From the NCBI GenBank assembly GCA_018660825.1, contig JABJJO010000155.1:6830-70829 (forward strand): 64,000 nucleotides of DNA, read 5' to 3'. Each line of letters starts with the position of its first letter. The stretch's first letter is position 1. The notes beneath the pieces are model-generated. The model ran no database searches, was not told the origin of the DNA, and saw nothing but the letters and a program-made list of their open reading frames with translations. The translations under genes and the position numbers were made by a program. Origin of the DNA: Planctomycetaceae bacterium. Lineage in GTDB: Bacteria; Planctomycetota; Planctomycetia; Pirellulales; Pirellulaceae. Shown piece after piece: positions 21,167 to 31,275 of the stretch.

Positions 21167-22570
21167 ATGCCCCGTCCGTATCGTCTAGGTCGTCGAAATT
21201 TCATCGGCATCGGCATGGCTGGTGGATTATCCCTGCTTAATAATCCTGAAACATTGACGGCACTGGAAGGACAGCACCGAGATCGTCCTGGACGGGCAAA
21301 AAACGTGCTTGTGATTTTGGAGCAAGGGGGAATGTCTCACACCGACACATGGGACCCCAAACCGGACACACTTGTTCAACAGCTTAGCCCCCACAAACCG
21401 ATTTCTACTACCGTACCCGGAATGCAGTTTACGGAATTGCTGCCGCACACATCGAAGGTCGCGCATAAGTTGAGCGTCATCCGCTCAATGCACCATACAA
21501 CCGGCATCGCTAACGGTCATCCGAAGGGGACGCAATACACACTATCTGGCCATGTACCAGGCGGCCCACTGGAGATGCCTGATATTGGCTCAGTCGTTGC
21601 GCATCGAATGGGTTCGAGTTGTCGATATCTTTCACCCTATATTATGGCGCCAGGTAATTCGGAACAGGCCAAAGAATCACGACTTGGATTTATGCCTTAC
21701 GATACGCAGGTATTCAAGACCGGCGGTCGCGATCTCTCAGAACCTGGCTGGAAAGTACCGGGACTTGCCTTGAACAAAGCAATCGGCGAATCACGTTTAC
21801 GAAATCGTCTGAACTTACTTGGAAATCTAGACGTCGGGCTGCCCAACAATCACAGCAAAAAGGCACAGGGATGGCAACAAGCAATCGCACAGGCTGAAGA
21901 GAGCCTACTGAATCCAAAAAGCAAGCTCGCTTTCGACCTTGAACAAGAGCCTGATCAGCTTCGTGACGCTTATGGACGAGGTCATCGAGGGCAGTGCTAC
22001 CTATTAGGTCGTCGATTGATTGAACAGGACGTGCGATTCGTCACGATCGATGTGCGCGAACCCCTAACACCCAAGACACCCGGTGGCACGAACCTCAACT
22101 GGGATCATCATGACTTCATCTACGCGACCGGCACCTGCAATCTTCCGGGAGCTGGCGGAGGAGGGCGAGGTCGATATGGTATTGGCACTTGGTGGATGAT
22201 GGGAAGCGTCGATCAGGCTTTCGCAGCCCTGATCAACGACATGGACGATCGTGGTCTATTGGAAGATACGCTTGTCTGTTTTGTGACGGAATTCGGGCGG
22301 ACTCCAAAACTCAACAAGGCCCAAGGACGCGACCATTGGACCGGCGCTTATAGTATCGTCATGGCAGGAGCCGGCGTGCCCGGCGGGCAGATCATTGGTG
22401 CGTCCGATCGACAGGGCGGTTACGTGACCCAAAGTGCGTACACGCCCGACGACTATGCCGCTACGGTTTATCGCAAGCTCGGTTTGAATCTTGAGAAACC
22501 GCTGCGGGCTCCTGACGGTCGCCCCATCCTACTGTCTGCCAACGGAAACCCGATTCGCGAAGTGTTTTAG
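21167..22570 (+). CDS. DUF1501 domain-containing protein (sulfatase-fold, Tat signal)
   Basis: 'RRNFIGIGMAGG' Tat leader. 'GGMSHTDTWDPKP' and 'EFGRTPKLN...GRDHW' are DUF1501 hallmarks. Confidence 0.9.
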   Translation: MPRPYRLGRRNFIGIGMAGGLSLLNNPETLTALEGQHRDRPGRAKNVLVILEQGGMSHTDTWDPKPDTLVQQLSPHKPISTTVPGMQFTELLPHTSKVAHKLSVIRSMHHTTGIANGHPKGTQYTLSGHVPGGPLEMPDIGSVVAHRMGSSCRYLSPYIMAPGNSEQAKESRLGFMPYDTQVFKTGGRDLSEPGWKVPGLALNKAIGESRLRNRLNLLGNLDVGLPNNHSKKAQGWQQAIAQAEESLLNPKSKLAFDLEQEPDQLRDAYGRGHRGQCYLLGRRLIEQDVRFVTIDVREPLTPKTPGGTNLNWDHHDFIYATGTCNLPGAGGGGRGRYGIGTWWMMGSVDQAFAALINDMDDRGLLEDTLVCFVTEFGRTPKLNKAQGRDHWTGAYSIVMAGAGVPGGQIIGASDRQGGYVTQSAYTPDDYAATVYRKLGLNLEKPLRAPDGRPILLSANGNPIREVF

Positions 22571-22696
22571 CCCTAGGGGCAGACGCGGGGATACCCGTCA
22601 TCAAACGTGTTTAAATCAGTCATCTAGTGCATCGTTTCCTATGCTCCTCTATAATAGATTGCCATTCATTCTGCAAACCTACGATCGTGAAACCAT

Positions 22697-24034
22697 ATGA
22701 TTAGATTGGGCGAATTTAATAGTCGATCCTGTGATGGCATATCGCGTCGGGCATTCGTGCAAGCCGGCGCAGCTTTGCCGCTGACCGCTGCGTTGAGCGG
22801 AGATCAGATTGCCAAAGCAGCTGCGAATGCACGCGCTAAATCTGTCATGTTTATTTGGCTCTGGGGCGCTCCCAGTCACATCGACACTTTTGATCCTAAA
22901 CCAGACGCACCCCTCGATTTCCGCGGGCCGTTTGGTACGATCCCCACAACCATACCAGGTGTCCGCTTTTCAGAGCTGATCCCGAAATTAGCCGCGCGGA
23001 CCGACAAGTATGCACTCATTCGCAGTAACATCACCCATGATGGTGGACACCCCGGCGCTGGTACTTACGGCTACACCGGTAGTCGCGAAGGGCGGGGAGT
23101 AACGATTCAACCAAGCTGGGGTTCCATCGTCGCTCGACACCACGGAGCAACCGCTGGTTTACCACCCTACGTGATGCTCTCACGGGGGATTCCCCGTGAT
23201 GTGGCCAAATTTGTGGACGGTTATGGTGGTGGTGACTGGGGAAAGGGCTATGACCCGTTTCTAATCCAGTGTGATGGAGTCGGCAAAGTCGACATCCCCG
23301 CGCTTAAACTAGTGGACGGCATCACTCCTGATCGAATTGCCCACCGCAGATTGCTGCAGGATCAACTCGATAAAATCAAACGCAAAGTCACAGCGAATTC
23401 CTTTGAACTGTGGGATAAAAAATCAAAACAGGCATTTACTTTATTGACCAACAAAAAGGCGGTGGAGTCGCTTGACCTAACAAGAGAAACAGTCAAAACA
23501 CGAGAAGACTACGGTCAGACGTCGTTCGGCCAGAGCCTGCTGTTGGCACGTCGACTGGTTGAGGCAGAAGTTCCATTCGTGAATGTGAGTTGGAGTGAAT
23601 ATGTCGAAGCTTACAGCCCCAACACGGATTTTGGCTGGGATACTCACGTAAACAACTTTGACCTTTTACCCAACCGGCACTGTCCCATCCTCGACAGGGC
23701 GTTGTCAGCGTTACTTGACGACATGGATGCCCGAGGTTTACTGGACTCGACACTTGTCGTTTGCATGGGTGAATTTGGCCGTACGCCAAGAATTAATAAG
23801 AGAGCGTCCCGGGATCACTGGGCCCAGAATTACTTCTCGATCTGGGCCGGCGCCGGCGTCAAACCGGGGCGAGTCATTGGTGCCAGCGATGCCAAAGCTG
23901 AAAAACCAGTTACTCGACCAATCGAACCGACGGGCGTGGGTGTGACGATGCTTGATTGTCTAGGGATCGATAGTATCGAACGGGCCAAACTTAATGTTTT
24001 GTCGGAGGGAGAGTTTATTCATGAATTGTTTTAG
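22697..24034 (+). CDS. DUF1501 domain-containing protein (second tandem copy)
   Basis: 'RRAFVQAGAALPL', 'GAPSHIDTFDPKPDAP' and 'EFGRTPRINKRASRDHW'. Confidence 0.9.
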   Translation: MIRLGEFNSRSCDGISRRAFVQAGAALPLTAALSGDQIAKAAANARAKSVMFIWLWGAPSHIDTFDPKPDAPLDFRGPFGTIPTTIPGVRFSELIPKLAARTDKYALIRSNITHDGGHPGAGTYGYTGSREGRGVTIQPSWGSIVARHHGATAGLPPYVMLSRGIPRDVAKFVDGYGGGDWGKGYDPFLIQCDGVGKVDIPALKLVDGITPDRIAHRRLLQDQLDKIKRKVTANSFELWDKKSKQAFTLLTNKKAVESLDLTRETVKTREDYGQTSFGQSLLLARRLVEAEVPFVNVSWSEYVEAYSPNTDFGWDTHVNNFDLLPNRHCPILDRALSALLDDMDARGLLDSTLVVCMGEFGRTPRINKRASRDHWAQNYFSIWAGAGVKPGRVIGASDAKAEKPVTRPIEPTGVGVTMLDCLGIDSIERAKLNVLSEGEFIHELF

Positions 24035-24914
24035 ACTCCACACATTAGTTTTCGCTGTCTTCTCCCTCTTAACAGCGAGCGGCATCCATGCCGATCCACC
24101 CGAACGTATCACGACGGATGGTCGCATGAAACAGGATCTCTGTTTCACCCACGATTCACAAGATCTGATTTATTCTGTCCTCAAAACTGCTCAACTTATT
24201 AAACTGCAGCGGTTGAATCTGCAGTCTAGCGAAATCACTGATTTTCACATCAACGCCAACACCAACGAGAGTCATATCGATTTTTCGAAGGATATGAAGT
24301 ATTACGCGTTCGTTCGAAACGATGGCAATCTGCATACATCGGTTCAGGTTCAAGATGTCGTGGCGGGGGAAACGTATAATCTAAATCCGGGGGGTGGCTT
24401 CGCCTGTGTCCGAGCACTTACGATCAGCCCCAACGGGAAATCGGTCGTCTATGCTTTTCCGGATAGCAACGGTTCGCAACAGCTATGGCAAACCGATATC
24501 CAACTACAAAATAAAGTCGCACTTACCAACTCGGATTACATCGATGCTCATCCACGTTTTTCTCCTACTGGAAATCGGCTCGCCTTCACGTCGACACGCA
24601 GTGGGAATTTCGACATCTATCGCATGGCTGCTGACGGGTCCGCTATGCTGCAACTAACTGATCACCCAGGAATCGATACGCGTCCCGCATGGTCGCCGGA
24701 TGGCTTGAAAATCGCCTACACAAGTTTGATTCAGGGAAACTACGAGATATTTGTTATGAACGCAGATGGATCCCACCAAAAGCAGATCACGACTAATCCT
24801 GGCAAAGATGATTTTGCCTGCTGGCACCCTGATGGTAAACGTGTTTTTTACGTCAGCGAAGTAAAAGGAAAAATCGATATCTATAGCACTTTGGTCGAAG
24901 ATTCTACTCCGTGA
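24021..24914 (+). CDS. TolB-like WD40/PD40 beta-propeller repeat protein, secreted
   Basis: Repeated 'P.(F/W)SP(D/T)G..(L/I)A(F/Y)TS...G..(D/E)I(Y/F).M..DGS' units. The ATG at 24021 has an upstream GGAGGGA, gives a signal peptide, and overlaps the DUF1501 stop by 14 nt. Confidence 0.8.
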   Translation: MNCFRLHTLVFAVFSLLTASGIHADPPERITTDGRMKQDLCFTHDSQDLIYSVLKTAQLIKLQRLNLQSSEITDFHINANTNESHIDFSKDMKYYAFVRNDGNLHTSVQVQDVVAGETYNLNPGGGFACVRALTISPNGKSVVYAFPDSNGSQQLWQTDIQLQNKVALTNSDYIDAHPRFSPTGNRLAFTSTRSGNFDIYRMAADGSAMLQLTDHPGIDTRPAWSPDGLKIAYTSLIQGNYEIFVMNADGSHQKQITTNPGKDDFACWHPDGKRVFYVSEVKGKIDIYSTLVEDSTP

Positions 24915-25027
24915 AATGTCGCGCCCTTTGCGCTTGCTATTTGATTAAGTTACGCGAAGCAAGTAAACTCTAGACAACGATGTTTCAGTATTCTAATATC
25001 CCCAGCAAATCAACCAAGGATTTCACC

Positions 25028-25744
25028 ATGATACGATTTATCCTCAGCGCCGCTATTTTCTTGACCTGTTTTGCTACCTCACAGCTTGGTGCCAACGATA
25101 AGTTAACCGTCACCGAAGGTCAAAAAATAGCTTTTCTGGGTGATTCCATTACCGCAGCGGGCGCCAGAGCAAACGGGTATTGTGAATTAGTCATCCGTAC
25201 ACTTAATGCGCAGTCGCTGGAAGTTACAGCGCGTTACGCAGGAATCAGTGGTCATAAGTCTAATCAAATGCTCGCGAGGCTGGAGAAAGATGTTCTCAGT
25301 CACAAACCTGACTGGATGACTCTGTCCTGTGGCGTCAACGATGTTTGGCATGGTGATCGCGGCGTCGCGTTAGAGCCCTACAAGAAAAACATCACCGCGA
25401 TCGTGGATCGCGCTCAGGCTGCCGGCGTCAAAGTTATGATTTTAACCTCGACCATGATTCGCGAAGATCAATCCAATAAACTCAATCAACAACTTGCCCC
25501 TTACAATGCATTCCTAAAAAGTTTAGCCAAAGAGAAGAAATGTTTGTTTGCCGACCTGAACGCCGATATGCAGGAAGCGTTAAAGCACTTTCCAGCGGAC
25601 GCACCCAAAGGAAAACAACTTACCAGTGATGGTGTGCACATGAATGCACTCGGGAACTACATGATGGCCAAAGGCGTCCTGAAAGCTTTTGGCATGTCGG
25701 ATAAAGAAATCGCCGCAGCCGAATCAGAATGGGCCAAAAAATAG
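25028..25744 (+). CDS. SGNH/GDSL-family hydrolase (esterase)
   Basis: Block I 'IAFLGDSIT', block III 'GVND', block V 'DGVHMN'. The signal peptide starts at ATG 25028. Confidence 0.8.
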   Translation: MIRFILSAAIFLTCFATSQLGANDKLTVTEGQKIAFLGDSITAAGARANGYCELVIRTLNAQSLEVTARYAGISGHKSNQMLARLEKDVLSHKPDWMTLSCGVNDVWHGDRGVALEPYKKNITAIVDRAQAAGVKVMILTSTMIREDQSNKLNQQLAPYNAFLKSLAKEKKCLFADLNADMQEALKHFPADAPKGKQLTSDGVHMNALGNYMMAKGVLKAFGMSDKEIAAAESEWAKK

Positions 25745-25758
25745 GCGGCGTGATGCGA

Positions 25759-27432
25759 CTACCGATTACCGAGATAGCCCTCGGCAATGAGTTCCCCTAG
25801 TTTGACGATGCCCGCCGTGGTGATGACCAACTTCTTTTCCTGCTTGGGAATCGCCAGATCCTTAAGATGAATTAAGTTGTCATCCGCCGCCGCGATTTCG
25901 CTGATGGCTGTAATCACGTCAACCTTGTTGACCCGCTCGTCATCGGTTGGTGCCTGCTGACTGACATACCATCTCAAAGCTGGTCTTTGTAGATCTTCGC
26001 GGCTTTTAGCAATCAGCGACGCCAATCGCTCCGCTGCCTGCTGCCGGTACGGATGAAATGACATGTCATTCTCTCCCACGTGGTAAAAGATTCCCTGCAG
26101 TTCGACAGTCTGCCCTTTTGCGGTTAGTTCCTGTTGAGCAGCTCGTACAAATTCAACGAAGTCTGGGTAGATATTTCGTGTTTTAGCAACGCTGCCTGCC
26201 GGAGTCCAATCGATGATCTGCGTACCACTATGCGTAAATTTAGCGATCGCGATATTCCCAGGCAACTTCTGCGATAACGTCTGTCCGAAACTTAATTCAG
26301 GACCGAAGGTATCGTAATAACCTGATGGGGCTAAGGGTTCCCATGAATTGGATGTTCTATAACCACCACCGAGGCTGTATTTATAGGCAATTTTTGGATC
26401 TGGCTGTAGCAACTTCATTCCTTCAGGAAGCGCCCCAAGTTCCTGAATAAAAGCACGTTCCCCTTCCATGTTGCGGTGACCGGCAAGGATAAAGAGTTTG
26501 ATGCTTTCGCCTTTTTTGTACGGCCATGGTTTCAGTGATTTTGCAGCCGCAGGTTGTTTCCCAATAGTTTCCAAATAGGCGGTCGCATAGTTGTCGCCAT
26601 GTTCCAACTGACCGAGTGTCCCGTAATGGTAATGCAGACCGACGCCTCCCCCAATTTCTACCCCGACGTGGGAGGTGGGAATATACTGAGCCAGAGGATC
26701 GGCAGTCGTGACCGCTTTTTGACCCTGACTAATCGCATACATGCGTGGTCGCAGATCCATCCCCCAGATAGTTTTCGTACAAAGTTCACCGATATAGAAG
26801 TTAAGATCGGGGGTCTTGAGATCCTTGCGCCAGCGAGCCAGAAAGTTTTTCAGGTTATTTCCATAGGCCTCCATGTACTCGGCATTGAACATGTCGTTTT
26901 CACCCTGATGCCACATGAAACCCTCAATACGGTATTTGATTTTCTGCTGGTCTAGTTTGGCTAGCGAATCCTGTATCAGTTGCAACGCCAGCGGGTACAT
27001 TTTAAAGCCCAGCGGTTGTTCCGGATTCCAATCACCGCCTAGATGGGTACCTCCCGCCGCACATTTAATAACGGCAATCGGGGCGTCGATCGCTGCGGAG
27101 ACCTTACGGGCAAAGCTAAGTTCCGGCCCGACGACATTATTTACAGGCTGTAAATCCACCCAGCCATTGGACTCCAGTTTGTTCTCACGACCGATAGAGT
27201 AGGAAAACTTAACGTCAGACTGGCGCTCTTCTAAACCTGCAAATGGCGGAAAACGATGAATGTCTTTTACCTTGGAGTCCGACCCGACCATGTTTGATTG
27301 GCCAGCAAAAATAAATACGCGCAACGTTTTATTATCTTGGCTGTTTTCTGCAACGAGCGGCTGGACGATGACGCCGAAACAAAGAACCAATCCTACTGAA
27401 AAAATGGTGAATATGGGTCTACACGGATTCAT
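25759..27432 (-). CDS. Sialate-O-acetylesterase-like (SASA/DUF303) protein with two tandem SASA domains
   Basis: Domain 1 has 'VFIFAGQSNMVGS' and 'MWHQGENDM'. Domain 2 has 'LFILAGHRNMEGE' and 'FYHVGENDM'. A signal peptide is present. Confidence 0.75.
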   Translation of the reverse strand: MNPCRPIFTIFSVGLVLCFGVIVQPLVAENSQDNKTLRVFIFAGQSNMVGSDSKVKDIHRFPPFAGLEERQSDVKFSYSIGRENKLESNGWVDLQPVNNVVGPELSFARKVSAAIDAPIAVIKCAAGGTHLGGDWNPEQPLGFKMYPLALQLIQDSLAKLDQQKIKYRIEGFMWHQGENDMFNAEYMEAYGNNLKNFLARWRKDLKTPDLNFYIGELCTKTIWGMDLRPRMYAISQGQKAVTTADPLAQYIPTSHVGVEIGGGVGLHYHYGTLGQLEHGDNYATAYLETIGKQPAAAKSLKPWPYKKGESIKLFILAGHRNMEGERAFIQELGALPEGMKLLQPDPKIAYKYSLGGGYRTSNSWEPLAPSGYYDTFGPELSFGQTLSQKLPGNIAIAKFTHSGTQIIDWTPAGSVAKTRNIYPDFVEFVRAAQQELTAKGQTVELQGIFYHVGENDMSFHPYRQQAAERLASLIAKSREDLQRPALRWYVSQQAPTDDERVNKVDVITAISEIAAADDNLIHLKDLAIPKQEKKLVITTAGIVKLGELIAEGYLGNR

Positions 27433-27659
27433 AATGGTTCCTCGGAAATTACTTGTCTCATGAGTGTGTTACTGATATCACGCGGGTCATGCACATTCTT
27501 ATTAATATTTAGGGATTTGTATAGCCATTGCCGTGGGTTTAGACTGGTCGGCTAACATCCACTCCAAAAATTCGCATCTTCGTGAGCAGCGGAGTGGGTT
27601 TTTGGGTATGTTAAAAGAGACCTTCTGCAGAGACATCTCTTTTAATTGAGGAATTTACA

Positions 27660-28724
27660 ATGGTTGAGAAACTGGATACGTTCGTGACCCCATCCTCGGT
27701 CGAGTTAAGACGCAATTTTTTGAAACAAGCCGGTGCTTTGGCGCTGGCTACGCCAGTTGCTTTAACTCTTGACTTGCCTACCTTGGTGGGTGCCGATAAG
27801 AAGCAAAAACATCCTGAGACACTCGTCTCGGTACTCTACGATTCGCTTACCGAAAAGCAAAAGAGCGAAGTCTGTTTCAGTTGGGATCATGTCGATAAGA
27901 CGCGCGGGTTGCTAAGGACCCGGATTGAAAACAATTGGAAGATTACCAAACCTTCAATCAAGAGCAGCTTTTTTACCTCTGAACAGCAGCAATTGGCCTT
28001 GGATATCTTTCGCGGCATGACTCATCCGGATTGGCACACTCGTTTCGACCAGCAACTTAAAGACGACGTAGGTGGTTTTGGCAAGAACCAATCGATAGCA
28101 ATCTTCGGGAAACCGGGATCCAAGCAATTCGAATTTGTGCTAGCCAGTCGACACATGACCCTCCGCTGTGATGGAAACAGTGCCGAACATGTCGCCTTTG
28201 GCGGCCCCATTCTCTATGCGCATGAAGGAGAAGGGCTTTACGAAGAAGCCCACCATCCGAGCAATGTTTTCTGGCATCAAGCCATTGAAGCGAACAAACT
28301 TTACGACATGTTTAGCGGAAAGCAACGCGAACAGGCACTGGTAGTTCGAGGGATGCCATCCGAAGAATTTGTCGGATTTCGCGGAGCGGCTGGAAAGTTT
28401 GACGGTTTACCCGTAACCGAATTTTCACCCGACCAGAAAAAGCACCTACAATCCATTTTGAAATTGCTGTTAGAACCATTCCGCCAATCCGATCAGGATG
28501 AAGTCACGCAGTGTTTAAAACAACAGGGTGGTCTGGATGCCTGCCATTTGGCGTTTTACAAGGAAGGTGATTTGGGGGAAGACAGAATCTGGGACAACTG
28601 GCGTTTGGAAGGCCCCTCGTTTGTTTGGTATTTTAGAGGTGACCCTCATGTGCATGTCTGGGTCAACATTGCAAATCGCCCTAAACCAACTTTAAACGCA
28701 TACCAGAATTCAATCGGTGTCTGA
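27660..28724 (+). CDS. DUF3500-like protein with a Tat-type leader
   Basis: 'RRNFLKQAGALALA' leader. 'IAIFGKPGSKQFEFVLASRHMTL' and 'WRLEGPSFVWYFRGDPHVHVWVN' resemble the DUF3500 blocks. Confidence 0.5.
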   Translation: MVEKLDTFVTPSSVELRRNFLKQAGALALATPVALTLDLPTLVGADKKQKHPETLVSVLYDSLTEKQKSEVCFSWDHVDKTRGLLRTRIENNWKITKPSIKSSFFTSEQQQLALDIFRGMTHPDWHTRFDQQLKDDVGGFGKNQSIAIFGKPGSKQFEFVLASRHMTLRCDGNSAEHVAFGGPILYAHEGEGLYEEAHHPSNVFWHQAIEANKLYDMFSGKQREQALVVRGMPSEEFVGFRGAAGKFDGLPVTEFSPDQKKHLQSILKLLLEPFRQSDQDEVTQCLKQQGGLDACHLAFYKEGDLGEDRIWDNWRLEGPSFVWYFRGDPHVHVWVNIANRPKPTLNAYQNSIGV

Positions 28725-28768
28725 GACTGAGTGAGAACCAAGGACGACAGTTTTTCCACAGTCTAGAG

Positions 28769-29677
28769 CTAATTAGAGTGCTTCAAATGTTCGGTGAAAA
28801 AGTCTAGGACAATCTTATTTGACGCCGGACTGCTAAACTCGGGCCCTCCATGTTTTGCCCCTTTCAATTTAACGAACGTGCTGGGGACACCTACTGCCGT
28901 AAGTGCGGCATGTAGTTTTTCACTTTGGCTGATAGGAACTCCCGGATCGGCGGTGCCATGCATGATGAGAAAAGGGGAATCGTCCCCCGTTACGTTGTCT
29001 AGTGCACTCGCATCTTTTGCGAGTTTTGGCACGTCCTTTACCGTCGCTCCAAGTAGTATCGCGCCATTGCTCTTAGCTACATCTTCTTCAGTTCGACCAT
29101 TGCCAACATTATTTGGCGGCATGGATAGTAACTCTGAGGGTCCAAACCAATCTGCCGTGGCTTGCACTCGACTGGAAACTCTCTCCCTGCCAGTAAAAGT
29201 GCGGGTACCCATTAGCGCTGTCAAATGAGCTCCTGCGGACGTACCCCAACATCCTATTCGCTCGCCATTTAATCCATACCTTTTGGCGTTTTTTCGAACC
29301 CAACGTACTGCTGCATAACAGTCGTTAATTTGGTCGGGCCATTGACCGACGTCCGTAAGTCGATAGCTGATACTTGCGATAGCGAAGCCATGGGGTACCA
29401 TCCACGCCCCCCGCTTCCCCGAAGTTTTGCTGCCATTTTTCCAACCACCACCGTGCACGAACACGATCACGGGCACATCCCCTTTGATTTCCTGGGGAAG
29501 ATATAAATCCATTTTTAGCGATATGCCATTATGTTTGGCATACTCAATGTCCTGATGAACTTCCACTCCTGGGGGTAACTGAGGCTGCTTTTTTTTGGCA
29601 GGATTTTGCGCAAATAAACCGCCGCTAACCAACAGGCAACATAATACAGTCACTAACGAACAATGAAATAACTTCAT
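28769..29677 (-). CDS. Alpha/beta hydrolase (carboxylesterase/lipase type), secreted
   Basis: Oxyanion 'VFVHGGGW', nucleophile elbow 'GTSAGAHL', C-terminal 'HGTADPGVP'. The signal peptide starts at ATG 29677. Confidence 0.8.
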   Translation of the reverse strand: MKLFHCSLVTVLCCLLVSGGLFAQNPAKKKQPQLPPGVEVHQDIEYAKHNGISLKMDLYLPQEIKGDVPVIVFVHGGGWKNGSKTSGKRGAWMVPHGFAIASISYRLTDVGQWPDQINDCYAAVRWVRKNAKRYGLNGERIGCWGTSAGAHLTALMGTRTFTGRERVSSRVQATADWFGPSELLSMPPNNVGNGRTEEDVAKSNGAILLGATVKDVPKLAKDASALDNVTGDDSPFLIMHGTADPGVPISQSEKLHAALTAVGVPSTFVKLKGAKHGGPEFSSPASNKIVLDFFTEHLKHSN

Positions 29678-29895
29678 AAAGACCACCCGCATACAGGACA
29701 AATGAACATTTAAACTCGCAACATCTGATCGCCGACGATCAGTTAACTACCACTATATAATGTATAGCAATGTTGTCTAGTTTAGAGAATTATCAGACCT
29801 CGATATTCACAGAGAAAAGTTAGAGCGTAGATTATTTAATCTTTAGACACAGGCCGCAAAGCACTGACGCACGTTTAAAGCCGTGCTAGACAAGC

Positions 29896-31212
29896 CTACT
29901 CATGTCTGAGAGCCTCAATGGGATCCATCCGCGCTGCACGCCACGCCGGGTAAACGCCGAATACGATTCCCGACAACACCGCAATAGAAGCCGATAGCAC
30001 CACAGACCATATTGCGACTTGCGGTTCAATTTGTTGCATGTCTTCGGTGATGAAATCTGGCCAATACTCGGTGACGACCGAGCGTACCGTACGAAACAGC
30101 GGGGCGCAAAAGAGGCCTGCCACAACCCCCAGCATTCCACCAACACCGGTAAGCAGAACAGCCTCAACAACGAATTGAAAAATGATGTGCATACGTTTCG
30201 CGCCCAAGGCCCTTCGTATCCCGATCTCACGCGTACGTTCGGTTACCGTGGACAACATAATATTCATGATGCCGATCCCTCCGACCAAAAGCGAAATACC
30301 GGCAATCACCACGAGCAACAAGTTAAACATGTCTCGTTGCCGTTCCGCTTGGATTAGTAATTCCTTGGGTACAACCACGGCATAGTCTTCCTGGGCATGA
30401 TATTTTGCCAACAAGGTCTGGATAATTGCAGCCGTTTCATCCACGTTTTCGATGGCATCCACGCCGATGGTGATTTGACTCAATTGCACTTCTTCACCCT
30501 GCCATGACGAACCCACACGTTTCATCACGCGATCCCCTATCCGAATTTCCATCGTCGATAATGGGATGTAAGCATCAAGATTGTACTCACGAGCGTCCAT
30601 GCTACCGCCGATGGCCGCTGAAGCAGTTCTTGGCTTCGTTTCTCCGACAACTGTGTAAAGCTCCTTGCCGACCCAGACTTTCTGTCGGATTGGATTCTGA
30701 TAGGGAAACAAACGCCGAGCCGTATCATGTGCGAGCACGACGACTTTTTTTCCATGATCTCTTTGCGAGAGCCATCTGCCTCGGGCAATTTCAAGTTGAT
30801 TAAGTTCGCGATAGGGCTGCATACATCCAACGAGTTTCGAATCAGATGAACGGTCAGAAACGCGGAGCGTGTATCTGAATTCACGCATCGAGACGGCCCG
30901 CCGAATGCTAGGAATGATGGCTATTATCCGCTCATAATCGGCGCGCAGTAATCCGTACTTTCGAATATTTACCTTGGCATTTTGCTGTCCTAGACTCTCG
31001 ATCGGTTTTTTAGTTCGAACAATAACATTCTTGGCCCCGAGTTCTTTGATGACATCCTGAGAACGTTGGCTAACACCTTCGCCAACGGCAACTAACCATA
31101 TGACCGTGGTTGTTCCAATGAAGATACCGAGTCCGGCCAACGCAGCCCGCATTTTGTGCAGCAGCAGGCTTTGAGTACCTAGGTAAATTGTGCGGAAAAA
31201 CATCGTAAACAC
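29896..31212 (-). CDS. MacB-type ABC transporter permease (MacB_PCD + FtsX domains), no fused ATPase
   Basis: N-terminal TM helix, a ~230-aa periplasmic domain, and C-terminal FtsX-type helices with 'ERTREIGIRRALGA'. Start is GTG 31212 or ATG 31203. Confidence 0.85.
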   Translation of the reverse strand: MFTMFFRTIYLGTQSLLLHKMRAALAGLGIFIGTTTVIWLVAVGEGVSQRSQDVIKELGAKNVIVRTKKPIESLGQQNAKVNIRKYGLLRADYERIIAIIPSIRRAVSMREFRYTLRVSDRSSDSKLVGCMQPYRELNQLEIARGRWLSQRDHGKKVVVLAHDTARRLFPYQNPIRQKVWVGKELYTVVGETKPRTASAAIGGSMDAREYNLDAYIPLSTMEIRIGDRVMKRVGSSWQGEEVQLSQITIGVDAIENVDETAAIIQTLLAKYHAQEDYAVVVPKELLIQAERQRDMFNLLLVVIAGISLLVGGIGIMNIMLSTVTERTREIGIRRALGAKRMHIIFQFVVEAVLLTGVGGMLGVVAGLFCAPLFRTVRSVVTEYWPDFITEDMQQIEPQVAIWSVVLSASIAVLSGIVFGVYPAWRAARMDPIEALRHE

Positions 31213-31275
31213 GGGACTATTTCAAAAGAGAGGGTCGCTCACGTTTTGTAAGAGAAGAGAGCGACGGTTTGCGCG

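Noticed and set aside
29702-29895. Search for the missing ABC ATPase of the MacB-type operon in the flanking DNA
   Set aside because: There is no ORF of useful length and no Walker-A-like coding potential. The absence is reported as a finding rather than annotated as a gene.
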